The notes under the pieces are model-generated. The model did not search any database and had not been told where the DNA came from. It was given only the letters and a program-made list of their open reading frames with translations. Positions 37,188 to 45,972 of a stretch of 60,596 nucleotides of DNA are shown here, in pieces; the first letter of the stretch is position 1; each line of letters opens with the position of its first letter. This DNA comes from Patescibacteria group bacterium (GTDB lineage Bacteria; Patescibacteriota; Patescibacteriia; Patescibacteriales; UBA12465), in NCBI GenBank assembly GCA_041650775.1, contig JBAZKO010000003.1, positions 1-60,596 on the forward strand, given 5' to 3'. The position numbers and the translations under genes are program-made.

Positions 37188-37259
37188 ATTTTTATTATGG
37201 CAATAACGCTTTAAAATTAAGGATTACCAGGATATTATAACACAACCAGGAACTATCAG

Positions 37260-37287
37260 AAAAGGGCGACCCGGAGGCCGCCCTTTT
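37260..37287 (-). terminator. Intrinsic terminator of the S-layer-like gene
   Basis: AAAAGGGCG-N10-CGCCCTTTT. Confidence 0.75.
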
Positions 37288-37340
37288 CGTTGCCGATTAA
37301 TTAAAGAAAATCGGGAAGACTTTGCTTTATAACTAATCGC

Positions 37341-40300
37341 TTAGTTATGTAAGCTACCACCGGTCACGCTGGTGTACGGTAAATGCATTTCCGTCAAACC
37401 ATTGTGCTGGATAGAATCGTCAGTACCAGTGCCATTAAGGTCGCTGATAACGGTCTGGACGCTGTAGTTAACAGCGGCGCCAGCAATGGTAACAGAAGGC
37501 GCGGTTATAACTAAAGTAACCGAGTCATCAACTTTGCCACTGTTCAACAGGGCATGCATCTTAGTGCTACCCCAAACGCCTTCAGAGTCTTCAGCCACTT
37601 CAGTAGTGGTGCCATCAACCTTTAAGGTTAAAGTACCCAAAGCTGTAACGGCCGCGTTATTCCTGTTAATGGTCACGGCGAAGTTGTCCAACTGAGCCTT
37701 GTAAGCATCATTACTACCGTCTACTAAACGGTTATTACCATGCTCAAAAGTCAGAGTGTACTTGCCGATAACCTGGCTGCCGGAAGACAAAATGCCATCG
37801 GCCAACGCATTAACAACCGAGTTCAACTTAACACCAGTGATGGTGAAAGTCTTAGAAAGGTCGTTTTGATCATACTGATCATCACCAGTAATAGCATTAA
37901 TACCGGTCATGACAATATCGGTACCGGAATTAACGCCGGAAGCGGTAACGGAACTAGCCGTACTCAGATTATACTGTATTGTATCTCCCTGAGTAGCCGT
38001 GGAAGAAGCGTCACCATCCACATTAATACCTCTCGCTAAAGGCGAGATGAACAACGAAGTGGACTTGTCGGCTTCAAAGGTGATATCAAACGGATCGAAG
38101 ATTACGTCTCCGTTGGATTCAGCAGTCTGAGAAGCGACAACAGTACCATCAGCTTTAACTAATCTGACAGTGCTGATATCAGAGCTGGAGTCAGTTCCAT
38201 TGCTGGTCAAGATTAATTTCTTAACCTTGATCGGCTCATTCTTGGTGGTGAACTTCAATTCGCCTATATACTTAGAGGCGGAAGTCGCACCGGCCAAAAT
38301 GTACTGATCCTGGCTAGCATTGGTATCGGAGGTTAATAACTCAACCTTCAAATGACCGACAGAGGCCTCGGTAATCAAGCGAGCTCCACCTGTGGCTCCG
38401 CCGGTAACAGAGACATCTTTGTTGCCAGTAACAGACTTAGCAACAATATCAGTCGTAGCATTAGCAACTCCCAAGTTGAAAGTCGCGGCACCGGTAAAGG
38501 TGGAAGAGAAAGACGCTTTAACGACTAAGTTCACTTCCTTGCCAGCGGCAATGCTATTAGTATCCAAGGAGCTAAAGGTAATAGTTCTGGTCGTTTCGAC
38601 AATATTGTTAGCAAGAGATTTAATCAATACGCCGTCGAGATACAGATCCAATTTAGTGATGTTGTTGTCACTAAAAGCAGTAATGTTGTCAGTAACGGTA
38701 GAAGTTAATTTCAAAGAATTAAGCTTTACGCCGTCAGCGGCACCCGCTTTCAATTTAGCGGCATAAACTTCGACATCAGAAGCGCCGGTAACCACGGTCT
38801 TGTTGGTCAAATTAGTGACGTTCCAAGCCAAGGAGGCGCCTTTAACGGTCATAATAGAACCGTCAACGGAGGCCGGAGTAATGTCGGCTGTTAAGATGGT
38901 GGTGTTAGAAACATCACCAGTAACTTTTATACCAGCCGCCGCCAAATGAACCTGTAAGGTATTATTGACGTCAATTTCATCACCAGTAGCATCATTTAAA
39001 TCAGCTTTGACCAGGAATTTCTTAGCAACACCTCTGGTTAAGTTGATTTCATCCGATAAAGTCAAATTATAATGATCAGCGACGAAAGCCGCATCCAAAT
39101 CATATTCGCCGCCGGTCAAAACATCAACTAAACGAACGTTACTGATTTCGTCGGCTTGTAAGCCGTCGCCGCCAGTACCGACGATAGTAAAGTTACCAGC
39201 ACCGGTGATTTCTTCTAAGGTGGCATCTTCGCCATTAGACTTAAAGGATAAAGTAGCTAAGACAACACCATCATCGCCAGCCTTAACATCCTTAGACGGA
39301 GTCGCGGCTTTATCGGCATCAATAGTGAAATCGCTAGCAGTTAACGAGATAGTCATCGCTTCAGTAACAGTATCTAACTTTTCGAAACTACCAAAACCAG
39401 TACCGGCTACGGTGTCGTCTTCAAGCTGTAAAGCATAACCGAAGGTAGCACCAATCGCGGAAATATCAGCGCGATTCTTGAAATACAAGCTAATAGAATC
39501 ATTGACATTAGTTGTACCCATATCACCGCGAACTTCTACAGTAATAGAATCGTTCTTTTCGATCTTATAGTTGTTAAGAGCGAAAGAAACATAACCGTCG
39601 CTGTAAGTACCGGTAGCGGCTTCGTTGCCATCAAGGATCAACTTTAAGTTAGAAACAATATCGGATACGTTAGTACCGCCGTTCTTAAGCTTTAAGTTAG
39701 TCAATAAAGCAGCCTCGTTATTAGCCTTCAAAGTAAAGCTAGCTAATAAGATATTATCTTCACCGAAGTCGGCATTAACCGCGCTGGTATCCGGAGTACC
39801 GGAAATCTGCAAGGTACCGACATTGGCGGAAGCAACCGCGCTCTGTTTATTACCGCGAATCGGGAAAGAACCGGAAACAGTCGCGCTGGTAGCGGTAATA
39901 TCGGAAGCGGCGGCGATACCTAGGGCGTAGTCGCCAGCGGCCGCAGCGGTCGCTTTAACGACTAAAGTCTTAGTAGTACCGGCCGCGACAGAAATCGGAG
40001 TAGCAAAAGAGAAGATCGCTTCCCTATTGGAATTGATGTTCTTGGAACTGCCAACCTTGACGCCATTATCATAGATAGTGACATCATCAATGTTGGTAGC
40101 TGTACCCAATTCATAAGCGGTTAACTTCAAGCTGGAAACATTAACGGCGCCATCATTGGCGGCGGTTAAGTTCAAAGACAAGAAGCTGGCCGGAGAAGCG
40201 GTCGGGATAGTCGCCGAAGCGGACGTAGCGGCGCTCAAAGAAACCATCAAACCGGAACCGGTAATAACCGTGTTGGCGGCCGAGGCGCCCTGAGCGACGT

Positions 40301-40967
40301 TAACGAATTCCGCGCTGGAAACTTCCGTGCCACCGGCAGAAACCGTGCTGGCCGCGGTAATCACATTAGCGATCTGGAATCTGTTAGCGTTCAAAGCCGC
40401 TTCATTCGAGATTTTTCGGTAATTGGTACCATTATAGTAAAAGATATCGGCACCAGTCGCGTTCTTTACTAAAGAACCGGCCGGAGTCGCACCGCTCGCT
40501 AAAACAGAACCGATAGTGTAGTTGGTGAAAAAAGCATCCGGAACATCAACTACTCTCTTGTTCCAGTTGGTGCCATATAAAGCAGCCGCCTGGGCTTCAG
40601 ACTGGATCTTTCTTAAAACACCGTTAGGTTCAACGGCGTAAACGGAAGGATCAGTCGTGATTTTCACTAACTTTGTACCCGGTCTAACGGTTACATTGCC
40701 GCCCAACGGGTAGCTCTGTAATTCAGCCGACGGGATAGTTACCACGCCGCTGAAATCAGCGTACCAGGTAGCATAAGTAGTGGAATTCGGGAAAACATAT
40801 CTCTTGCCATCAGCGCCCAGATAATAAACGGAAGAATTGCCAGCCATCTTGATAAGGTCGCCAGCCGAAGCCGCGGCGTTAGCAGACGGAGCGATAACGA
40901 TACCGCTCATAGCAATCACCGATAAAATCATTACGCCAACAACCAAGAATCTGCGTAATTTGTTCAT
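37341..40967 (-). CDS. Large secreted S-layer-like surface protein (1208 aa)
   Basis: Signal peptide; repeated LIK...SVYY...GKR modules at the N-terminus; then Ala/Thr/Ser/Val-rich beta modules; no Cys. Confidence 0.7.
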   Translation of the reverse strand: MNKLRRFLVVGVMILSVIAMSGIVIAPSANAAASAGDLIKMAGNSSVYYLGADGKRYVFPNSTTYATWYADFSGVVTIPSAELQSYPLGGNVTVRPGTKLVKITTDPSVYAVEPNGVLRKIQSEAQAAALYGTNWNKRVVDVPDAFFTNYTIGSVLASGATPAGSLVKNATGADIFYYNGTNYRKISNEAALNANRFQIANVITAASTVSAGGTEVSSAEFVNVAQGASAANTVITGSGLMVSLSAATSASATIPTASPASFLSLNLTAANDGAVNVSSLKLTAYELGTATNIDDVTIYDNGVKVGSSKNINSNREAIFSFATPISVAAGTTKTLVVKATAAAAGDYALGIAAASDITATSATVSGSFPIRGNKQSAVASANVGTLQISGTPDTSAVNADFGEDNILLASFTLKANNEAALLTNLKLKNGGTNVSDIVSNLKLILDGNEAATGTYSDGYVSFALNNYKIEKNDSITVEVRGDMGTTNVNDSISLYFKNRADISAIGATFGYALQLEDDTVAGTGFGSFEKLDTVTEAMTISLTASDFTIDADKAATPSKDVKAGDDGVVLATLSFKSNGEDATLEEITGAGNFTIVGTGGDGLQADEISNVRLVDVLTGGEYDLDAAFVADHYNLTLSDEINLTRGVAKKFLVKADLNDATGDEIDVNNTLQVHLAAAGIKVTGDVSNTTILTADITPASVDGSIMTVKGASLAWNVTNLTNKTVVTGASDVEVYAAKLKAGAADGVKLNSLKLTSTVTDNITAFSDNNITKLDLYLDGVLIKSLANNIVETTRTITFSSLDTNSIAAGKEVNLVVKASFSSTFTGAATFNLGVANATTDIVAKSVTGNKDVSVTGGATGGARLITEASVGHLKVELLTSDTNASQDQYILAGATSASKYIGELKFTTKNEPIKVKKLILTSNGTDSSSDISTVRLVKADGTVVASQTAESNGDVIFDPFDITFEADKSTSLFISPLARGINVDGDASSTATQGDTIQYNLSTASSVTASGVNSGTDIVMTGINAITGDDQYDQNDLSKTFTITGVKLNSVVNALADGILSSGSQVIGKYTLTFEHGNNRLVDGSNDAYKAQLDNFAVTINRNNAAVTALGTLTLKVDGTTTEVAEDSEGVWGSTKMHALLNSGKVDDSVTLVITAPSVTIAGAAVNYSVQTVISDLNGTGTDDSIQHNGLTEMHLPYTSVTGGSLHN

Positions 40968-41442
40968 AAAATAGTAATTAAATCATTTTTAATTGTCCGG
41001 ACAACAGTAGTCCGAACGAATTAATAATGACAGTTGTCCAGTTCGCCGCTTCGTTTCGATTTAAAAAAATCCAACGGTAAATCAGTCGGAATCCCGCTCC
41101 GCCAGCTCGTGAAAGCTTAAGGCGAAGGCTGACTGATCTTAAAAAACATAAGTTCTGCCAACCTAGCGCGTGTTGCTCCGGGCTGGAGAAAAGCTTAACC
41201 GATTTACTGTTTTTAGTTTATAAATCTGGTCAGCTTTGAACTGGAAATAATAAGGTTTGTAAGGGACAAACCACCTCAATTTAATGAGGCTCGACCCTTG
41301 ATGGGGTTTGCCAATCCGTTTTTCGAACCGAAGTTCCAAACGCGGATTTGTTAATTTATCTCGCCCGGTATTGTCCAGAACGGAGGACGGATCTTCCAAA
41401 AAGGAGTAACCGAATATGGAGATAAACTAACAGACACGCGCT
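40968..41442 (-). promoter_or_regulatory. Long structured 5' leader of the S-layer-like gene
   Basis: Long-range stem AGCGCGTGT(41442-41434)/ACACGCGCT(41173-41165) encloses several helices, including a cUUCGg tetraloop. Confidence 0.65.
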
Positions 41443-41460
41443 TTAATATATAAAAAATCT

Positions 41461-42345
41461 TTACTTGATTATTTCATCGATCGCTTCCTGCAACTTATCG
41501 GAAGCCTGGGTATAATTCGCGGAATCGAATAATTTTTGTGCTTCATCCAAAATCTTATCGGAATCAGAAACATTATCCGCGGCCGGAACGGGAACAACTA
41601 GTGTGGAACTGGCGGAGCTGGCAATCAGGGCACCGTCGGACACGGCCGGTAAAATTATTTCCGGGTTAACGGCGCCCGTGGCGGTGGCGCTTATTGAAGG
41701 GTTAATCGGATTAATGGCGATGGGCGCAGTATTGCCGGCGCCGGTACCGGTAGATAATTGAATACCCTGCGTGTCTTTGGAACTGTCGGCAATCGTTAAT
41801 AGTTCCGATTGGGCGATCGGCTGATCTTTCGTCGTCGCCGCCAGACGATTTATTCCCTCCTTAACCGTCACGACTTCTTTTTTAAAACTATCGTTTAATT
41901 TCGCGACCTGATCCTGATTCTCTTCTGTATTGAATTGCGGATCGGCTAAAACGGCGGTAATATCCCGAGCATGTTCGGAAGCGAACTGAACAGCCAACTT
42001 ATTCCGTTCCTGAGAATTAAACATCGTATTCAGTTTAACTTTTTCGGAAATTATTCGGGCGATATATAAAGAATCATTCGGTTTGGTTTTATTAAGCGTT
42101 CTCTGACTGAACAGACTGCCGACAACCAGCATCAGAACAAAAACACCCAAAGCGTAAGCCGGCCGTGAAGCCGCGCGCATCGTGCTTTCAAAATTAATCA
42201 CAAAAATTTTCCAGGCGGACAGTTCAACCGCGCCGGAATTAGAAATTTGAGATAACAAAAGTTCCCGATTGCTTTTCAGCCAATTCTGATCGGGATTTAT
42301 TTTCTTTAAATTATTCAATTTTACGACGAGTTCGCGGTTGGTCAT
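41461..42345 (-). CDS. Probable anti-sigma factor (single TM, extracellular helical domain)
   Basis: Directly downstream of the ECF sigma; short cytoplasmic N-domain (PDQNWLKSNRELLL), TM, then PNDSLYIARIISEKV. Confidence 0.65.
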   Translation of the reverse strand: MTNRELVVKLNNLKKINPDQNWLKSNRELLLSQISNSGAVELSAWKIFVINFESTMRAASRPAYALGVFVLMLVVGSLFSQRTLNKTKPNDSLYIARIISEKVKLNTMFNSQERNKLAVQFASEHARDITAVLADPQFNTEENQDQVAKLNDSFKKEVVTVKEGINRLAATTKDQPIAQSELLTIADSSKDTQGIQLSTGTGAGNTAPIAINPINPSISATATGAVNPEIILPAVSDGALIASSASSTLVVPVPAADNVSDSDKILDEAQKLFDSANYTQASDKLQEAIDEIIK

Positions 42346-42370
42346 ATAAGACGCCTATTTGATACTATAA

Positions 42371-42398
42371 TATACGTAAAATCCGCTAAAATGTTACA
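42371..42398 (-). promoter_or_regulatory. ECF-type promoter upstream of the anti-sigma gene
   Basis: TGTAAC-N16-CGTATA, resembling B. subtilis SigW/SigX-type AAC/CGT promoters. Confidence 0.6.
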
Positions 42399-42975
42399 CC
42401 TTTCGCTCCTTCTCCACCAGTTCCCGTAGAGCGTTCAGGGCGCGATGCAATATAACCCGGACATTCCCTTTAGTTTTTCCGCTAACTTCAGCTATTTCTT
42501 CTAACGATAAATCATTGACAAATTTCATAATTATCACTTCCCGATATTCTTCTTTTAAGAACGGCAGTTGGCGCTTAATCAATTCCATCTCTGCTTCCTG
42601 GTCAATCTTTCCTTCAGCGTCCTGAGTTTCGTCAACCACTTCTATTTTATTATCTTCATCATCCAAAGAAGCGACGATCCGACCGCCGGATTCGCGATAA
42701 TAATCAATGATTGAAGTCCGGGCGATTTTATAAAGCAAAGCGCGCAAAGTTTTCGCGTCTTCCAAATTGTTGTTCTGGATATGATTCCAGGCCTTTAAAA
42801 AAATCATCGAAGTCAGGTCGTTAGCCTCTTCCCGACTGCCGATTTTAAAATAAACAAAACGGTGGATCTCGTTCACATTTTCATCATAAATCCTGATAAA
42901 CGCTTCCTTATCATGATTTTTAAGCTTGCTTAACGCTTGCTTATCTTTAAATTTTTGAATCAAATTTATCGACAT
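42394..42975 (-). CDS. ECF (sigma-24/RpoE-type) RNA polymerase sigma factor
   Basis: Region 2 (ANDLTSMIFLKAW, LYKIART.IIDYYR) and region 4 (LSLEEIAEVSG....VRVILHRA). Confidence 0.92.
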   Translation of the reverse strand: MSINLIQKFKDKQALSKLKNHDKEAFIRIYDENVNEIHRFVYFKIGSREEANDLTSMIFLKAWNHIQNNNLEDAKTLRALLYKIARTSIIDYYRESGGRIVASLDDEDNKIEVVDETQDAEGKIDQEAEMELIKRQLPFLKEEYREVIIMKFVNDLSLEEIAEVSGKTKGNVRVILHRALNALRELVEKERKV

Positions 42976-43206
42976 TATTTTATTTTTTTATTAACCGGAG
43001 CGACGGACCGAAACGACAAAAATGGTTAAATGGTTTTAACAAAAAATAACGGGAAAATTACCCGCCCGCTTCAAAATTATTTTTATCTTATACGATTTTT
43101 ATATTAACACAGGAAGAGCCGGAAAGCAAGCTAAAAATTATACGCCCGGAGGACAAATTTTATTCATTTTTTTATTTATTCGATACCTAAATAATCACAG
43201 CCCCTA

Positions 43207-43333
43207 TTGACTTTGAAATAATAAAAAACTAGAATATTAAGACTTAAGTCTAAACTATTATAGACTTAAATAAATGCTCCGCTTTTTTATTAGACTATTT
43301 CAAATCTTTAAGTCTAAATTATTGTAGACTTAA
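43207..43333 (+). promoter_or_regulatory. Promoter plus two 26-bp palindromic operators
   Basis: TTGACT-N17-TAGAAT (43207-43235); TTAAGTCTA-N8-TAGACTTAA at 43244-43269 and 43308-43333. Confidence 0.8.
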
Positions 43334-43367
43334 GTATTTGCTTAAAAATAAACGACAACCTAAAAAA

Positions 43368-43640
43368 ATGGAAAAAAAAACTAAATCAATAACCAAAAAA
43401 ATTAGCTGTCCGGTTTGGGTTTCGGTTTCCGAAGCCGCTGATTTAGGCGGTGTCCAAAGTAAGACCATTAGACGTGCCATTAAAACCGATCCTAACCTCC
43501 ATTATAAGATAGTCAAAAACCGCTATCAGATTGAATTCGGTTCCCTGCTAATTTTTCTCAATAAGAACACTAAACTAAAAAACAAATTAAAAGATTTCGG
43601 TTTAGGGCAATACGTCGAGGAATGGAAAGAAATCAACTGA
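43368..43640 (+). CDS. Small helix-turn-helix DNA-binding protein (excisionase/MerR-like HTH)
   Basis: VSVSEAADLGGVQSKTIRRAIK HTH. Start taken at ATG 43368. Confidence 0.8.
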   Translation: MEKKTKSITKKISCPVWVSVSEAADLGGVQSKTIRRAIKTDPNLHYKIVKNRYQIEFGSLLIFLNKNTKLKNKLKDFGLGQYVEEWKEIN

Positions 43641-43672
43641 CTAACGGATGAGCGCTAACCGAAAACGGAAAT

Positions 43673-43708
43673 AAAAAACCACCCCGGATTCCGACGGGAT
43701 GGTTTTTT
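43673..43708. terminator. Terminator between convergent HTH and HU genes
   Basis: AAAAAACCA-CCCCG-N8-CGGG-A-TGGTTTTTT. Confidence 0.75.
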
Positions 43709-43774
43709 TATTGAGAAACAAATTTCTATCTATACCGACTAAAGTCGGCCTTCTAACACTACTCCCTAAATTAA

Positions 43775-44056
43775 TTAAAGGATCGCATCCTTAACCGCTT
43801 TGGCTAAACGAAATTTAACTACGGTCTTCGCCGCTATCTTAATGGTTTCGCCGGTCGCCGGATTGCGACCTTCTCTAGCCTTTCTGTGTGCTTTCACTAA
43901 TTTACCAAAGCCCGGAACAATGCATTCACCGGATTTTTTAACTTCCTTATAAACGAAGTCCGCCAATTTGTCCATGAAAGAAACAGTGTCTTTCTTGCTC
44001 AAACCGGTCGCTTCCGCTAAAGAAGCAATCATCTGCGATTTTGTCATTTTTGACAT
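43775..44056 (-). CDS. hup: Histone-like DNA-binding protein HU
   Basis: MTKSQMIASLAE, VPGFGKL and GRNPATGETIKI motifs. Confidence 0.95.
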   Translation of the reverse strand: MSKMTKSQMIASLAEATGLSKKDTVSFMDKLADFVYKEVKKSGECIVPGFGKLVKAHRKAREGRNPATGETIKIAAKTVVKFRLAKAVKDAIL

Positions 44057-44234
44057 AATTTTAGCATGGGGATTATTAATAAGCCGACTTGCGCCGCCTG
44101 ATTATAATGACCATTTAAAAAATAATACTTATTTAAATTATTTAATTTTCCTTAAGGTTTCTTGATATTTCTTAATATCTTTTTTTAAAAAACCAATTTA
44201 TAGACCGCTTATAAATATCAACATCTATAAGTAT

Positions 44235-44263
44235 ATTATAGCATACCTATAAAAATATGCCAA
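44235..44263 (-). promoter_or_regulatory. sigma70 promoter for hup
   Basis: TTGGCA-N17-TATAAT with extended -10 TG. Confidence 0.7.
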
Positions 44264-44291
44264 TAAATAAGGCTGTTTCCACTTTGTCTGG

Positions 44292-45029
44292 TTATCGCTT
44301 TTCAATAATCAACCGACCGTCAACTATCCCCAAGATCGTAAACCCGAGACGGCGAAATTTAAGCCTTCGCCCGGTATTCCTTAATCTTTGACGTAATTCG
44401 CTAATATTAGGTAATTTATTATCATCATAAAATTCCGGCCTCACCTCTAAATCAGCAAATAAATCATAGCAAGAAAAATCTTTAATCCGCTTCGGGTATT
44501 TGGCTAAAGGCTCTAAAAACGTTCCTGGGCGGCAAATCTTAAAACGCTGACCCTTGATTTGCTGTTGAAAAAAAACATGAAACTTTTCTAATTTTTCCGG
44601 AGAGGCATACATCGTGCCGCGGCAAAAAGGACTGCCGCAAAGACAATAACTGACCGCGTTATCCGACTGCGGATCAAACCCGTAATCGACCGTCAGTTCT
44701 TCGCCAGGAAAAATACGGCGTAAAGCGAAGTAAAGCGTATGGCCGAAATAATAATAAACATCACAATTCGGAGCGCAGGAATGATTGATTAGATGTACGC
44801 CGGACGTTTTGACGGCGGGAAAAATGGAAGTATCATCGCCGGTGTAATCCATCGAATAACTGGCGCCGCCGTATTTTTTTTCTAAGGCGTCGATTTCGCT
44901 GTCGCGGATTATCTTTCCCAGATAATCCCCGACTAACGTTCCGCCCGGAATTTCTTTCCGCGCGAAAACGCCGCGTCCTTTTTTCTTGGTCTTTACAGTC
45001 TTATAATAGTCAGCGGGTAATAAAAACAT
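44292..45029 (-). CDS. SET-domain methyltransferase with post-SET Zn motif
   Basis: KGRGVFA, INHSCAPN, GEELTVDYG and CLCGSPFCRG motifs. Confidence 0.92.
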   Translation of the reverse strand: MFLLPADYYKTVKTKKKGRGVFARKEIPGGTLVGDYLGKIIRDSEIDALEKKYGGASYSMDYTGDDTSIFPAVKTSGVHLINHSCAPNCDVYYYFGHTLYFALRRIFPGEELTVDYGFDPQSDNAVSYCLCGSPFCRGTMYASPEKLEKFHVFFQQQIKGQRFKICRPGTFLEPLAKYPKRIKDFSCYDLFADLEVRPEFYDDNKLPNISELRQRLRNTGRRLKFRRLGFTILGIVDGRLIIEKR

Positions 45030-45030
45030 A

Positions 45031-45966
45031 TTATTTTATAAATTCATACTGCGGTAACCGGTCGAAATGCCAAAGATTTTTCCAGCCGCAATCGCCCAGA
45101 CCGGCGTCAAAAACCTCGGCTTTCTCTGCCAGCGCCGCCTCGATATTAACTTTAACCAAATATTTGCCCAAACCGACGAAATCCTTAAAATTAACGCCGG
45201 TAATAAGATAATGCCATTCGCCTTTATACAGCACGCTTAACGAAACCGCCTGCTTTATTTCGTCCACCTTTACGATTGCCAGACGCCAGGCGAACGGCAG
45301 TTTGATTAAACCCCGCCAGGCCGCCCGTTCCGTTTCTTTTTTTAAGTATGATTCGCCAACGAAATTAGCGGTATTGAGTTCGAATAATCTTTCCAAATCG
45401 GACATAAAATCACCGGCGCCGTCAGCCGAAAAACTATTTATACTAACTTCAAGTTTATTATTCTCCACCGCCGCCAGTTCTTTAAGCAAACTGCGGCGTC
45501 GTTTGGCGGACAGGCGCCTAGCCAGAAAATCATTAAAATCTTTTAAACCCGCCAAAGGCAGAACATATTTATAATCTTCAATCGGCAGACTTTTTGTAAA
45601 TTCATCCTCGCCGGAGATATCATAAAATTTCGCCGGCTCGCTTCCCTGTTTCAAATGTTCATAAAAAAGGCGGACCACCTGATCGTAGCCGGGACGGAAA
45701 AAAATCCGGTTTTCCTCGCAGGGGTCTTCGGCCATAAACTCTAAACCGCCCCAGTCGGCGTTAAACTGCAGAGGCATCAGCCCGACGGCCTCCTCACTTC
45801 CGTCGTCTTTCTTTTCCCAAGCAACGTAAAAACGCCAAGGATGCGGCTCCTGCTCATAGAAACAGTACCGAAAATCCCAGTCGTCAAAAATAGTTTTTTG
45901 AGGTGATAACGCGCGCCAGAGACGTTCGGCCTCCGACTTATCATTAACACAGCGAATCTCAATCAT
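45031..45966 (-). CDS. GNAT-fold acetyl/aminoacyl transferase (CelD/BcsL-, FemAB-like)
   Basis: LSAKRRRSL and C-terminal G.....GLG..L....I..A......FD.G.G...WK..W pattern. Confidence 0.75.
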   Translation of the reverse strand: MIEIRCVNDKSEAERLWRALSPQKTIFDDWDFRYCFYEQEPHPWRFYVAWEKKDDGSEEAVGLMPLQFNADWGGLEFMAEDPCEENRIFFRPGYDQVVRLFYEHLKQGSEPAKFYDISGEDEFTKSLPIEDYKYVLPLAGLKDFNDFLARRLSAKRRRSLLKELAAVENNKLEVSINSFSADGAGDFMSDLERLFELNTANFVGESYLKKETERAAWRGLIKLPFAWRLAIVKVDEIKQAVSLSVLYKGEWHYLITGVNFKDFVGLGKYLVKVNIEAALAEKAEVFDAGLGDCGWKNLWHFDRLPQYEFIK

Positions 45967-45972
45967 AATAAA

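Noticed and set aside
41265-41312. c-di-GMP-I riboswitch or hammerhead ribozyme in the S-layer leader
   Set aside because: It starts with GGCAAACC but lacks the GNRA/receptor and GACGCAAAGC core; there is no CUGAUGA/GAAA hammerhead core.
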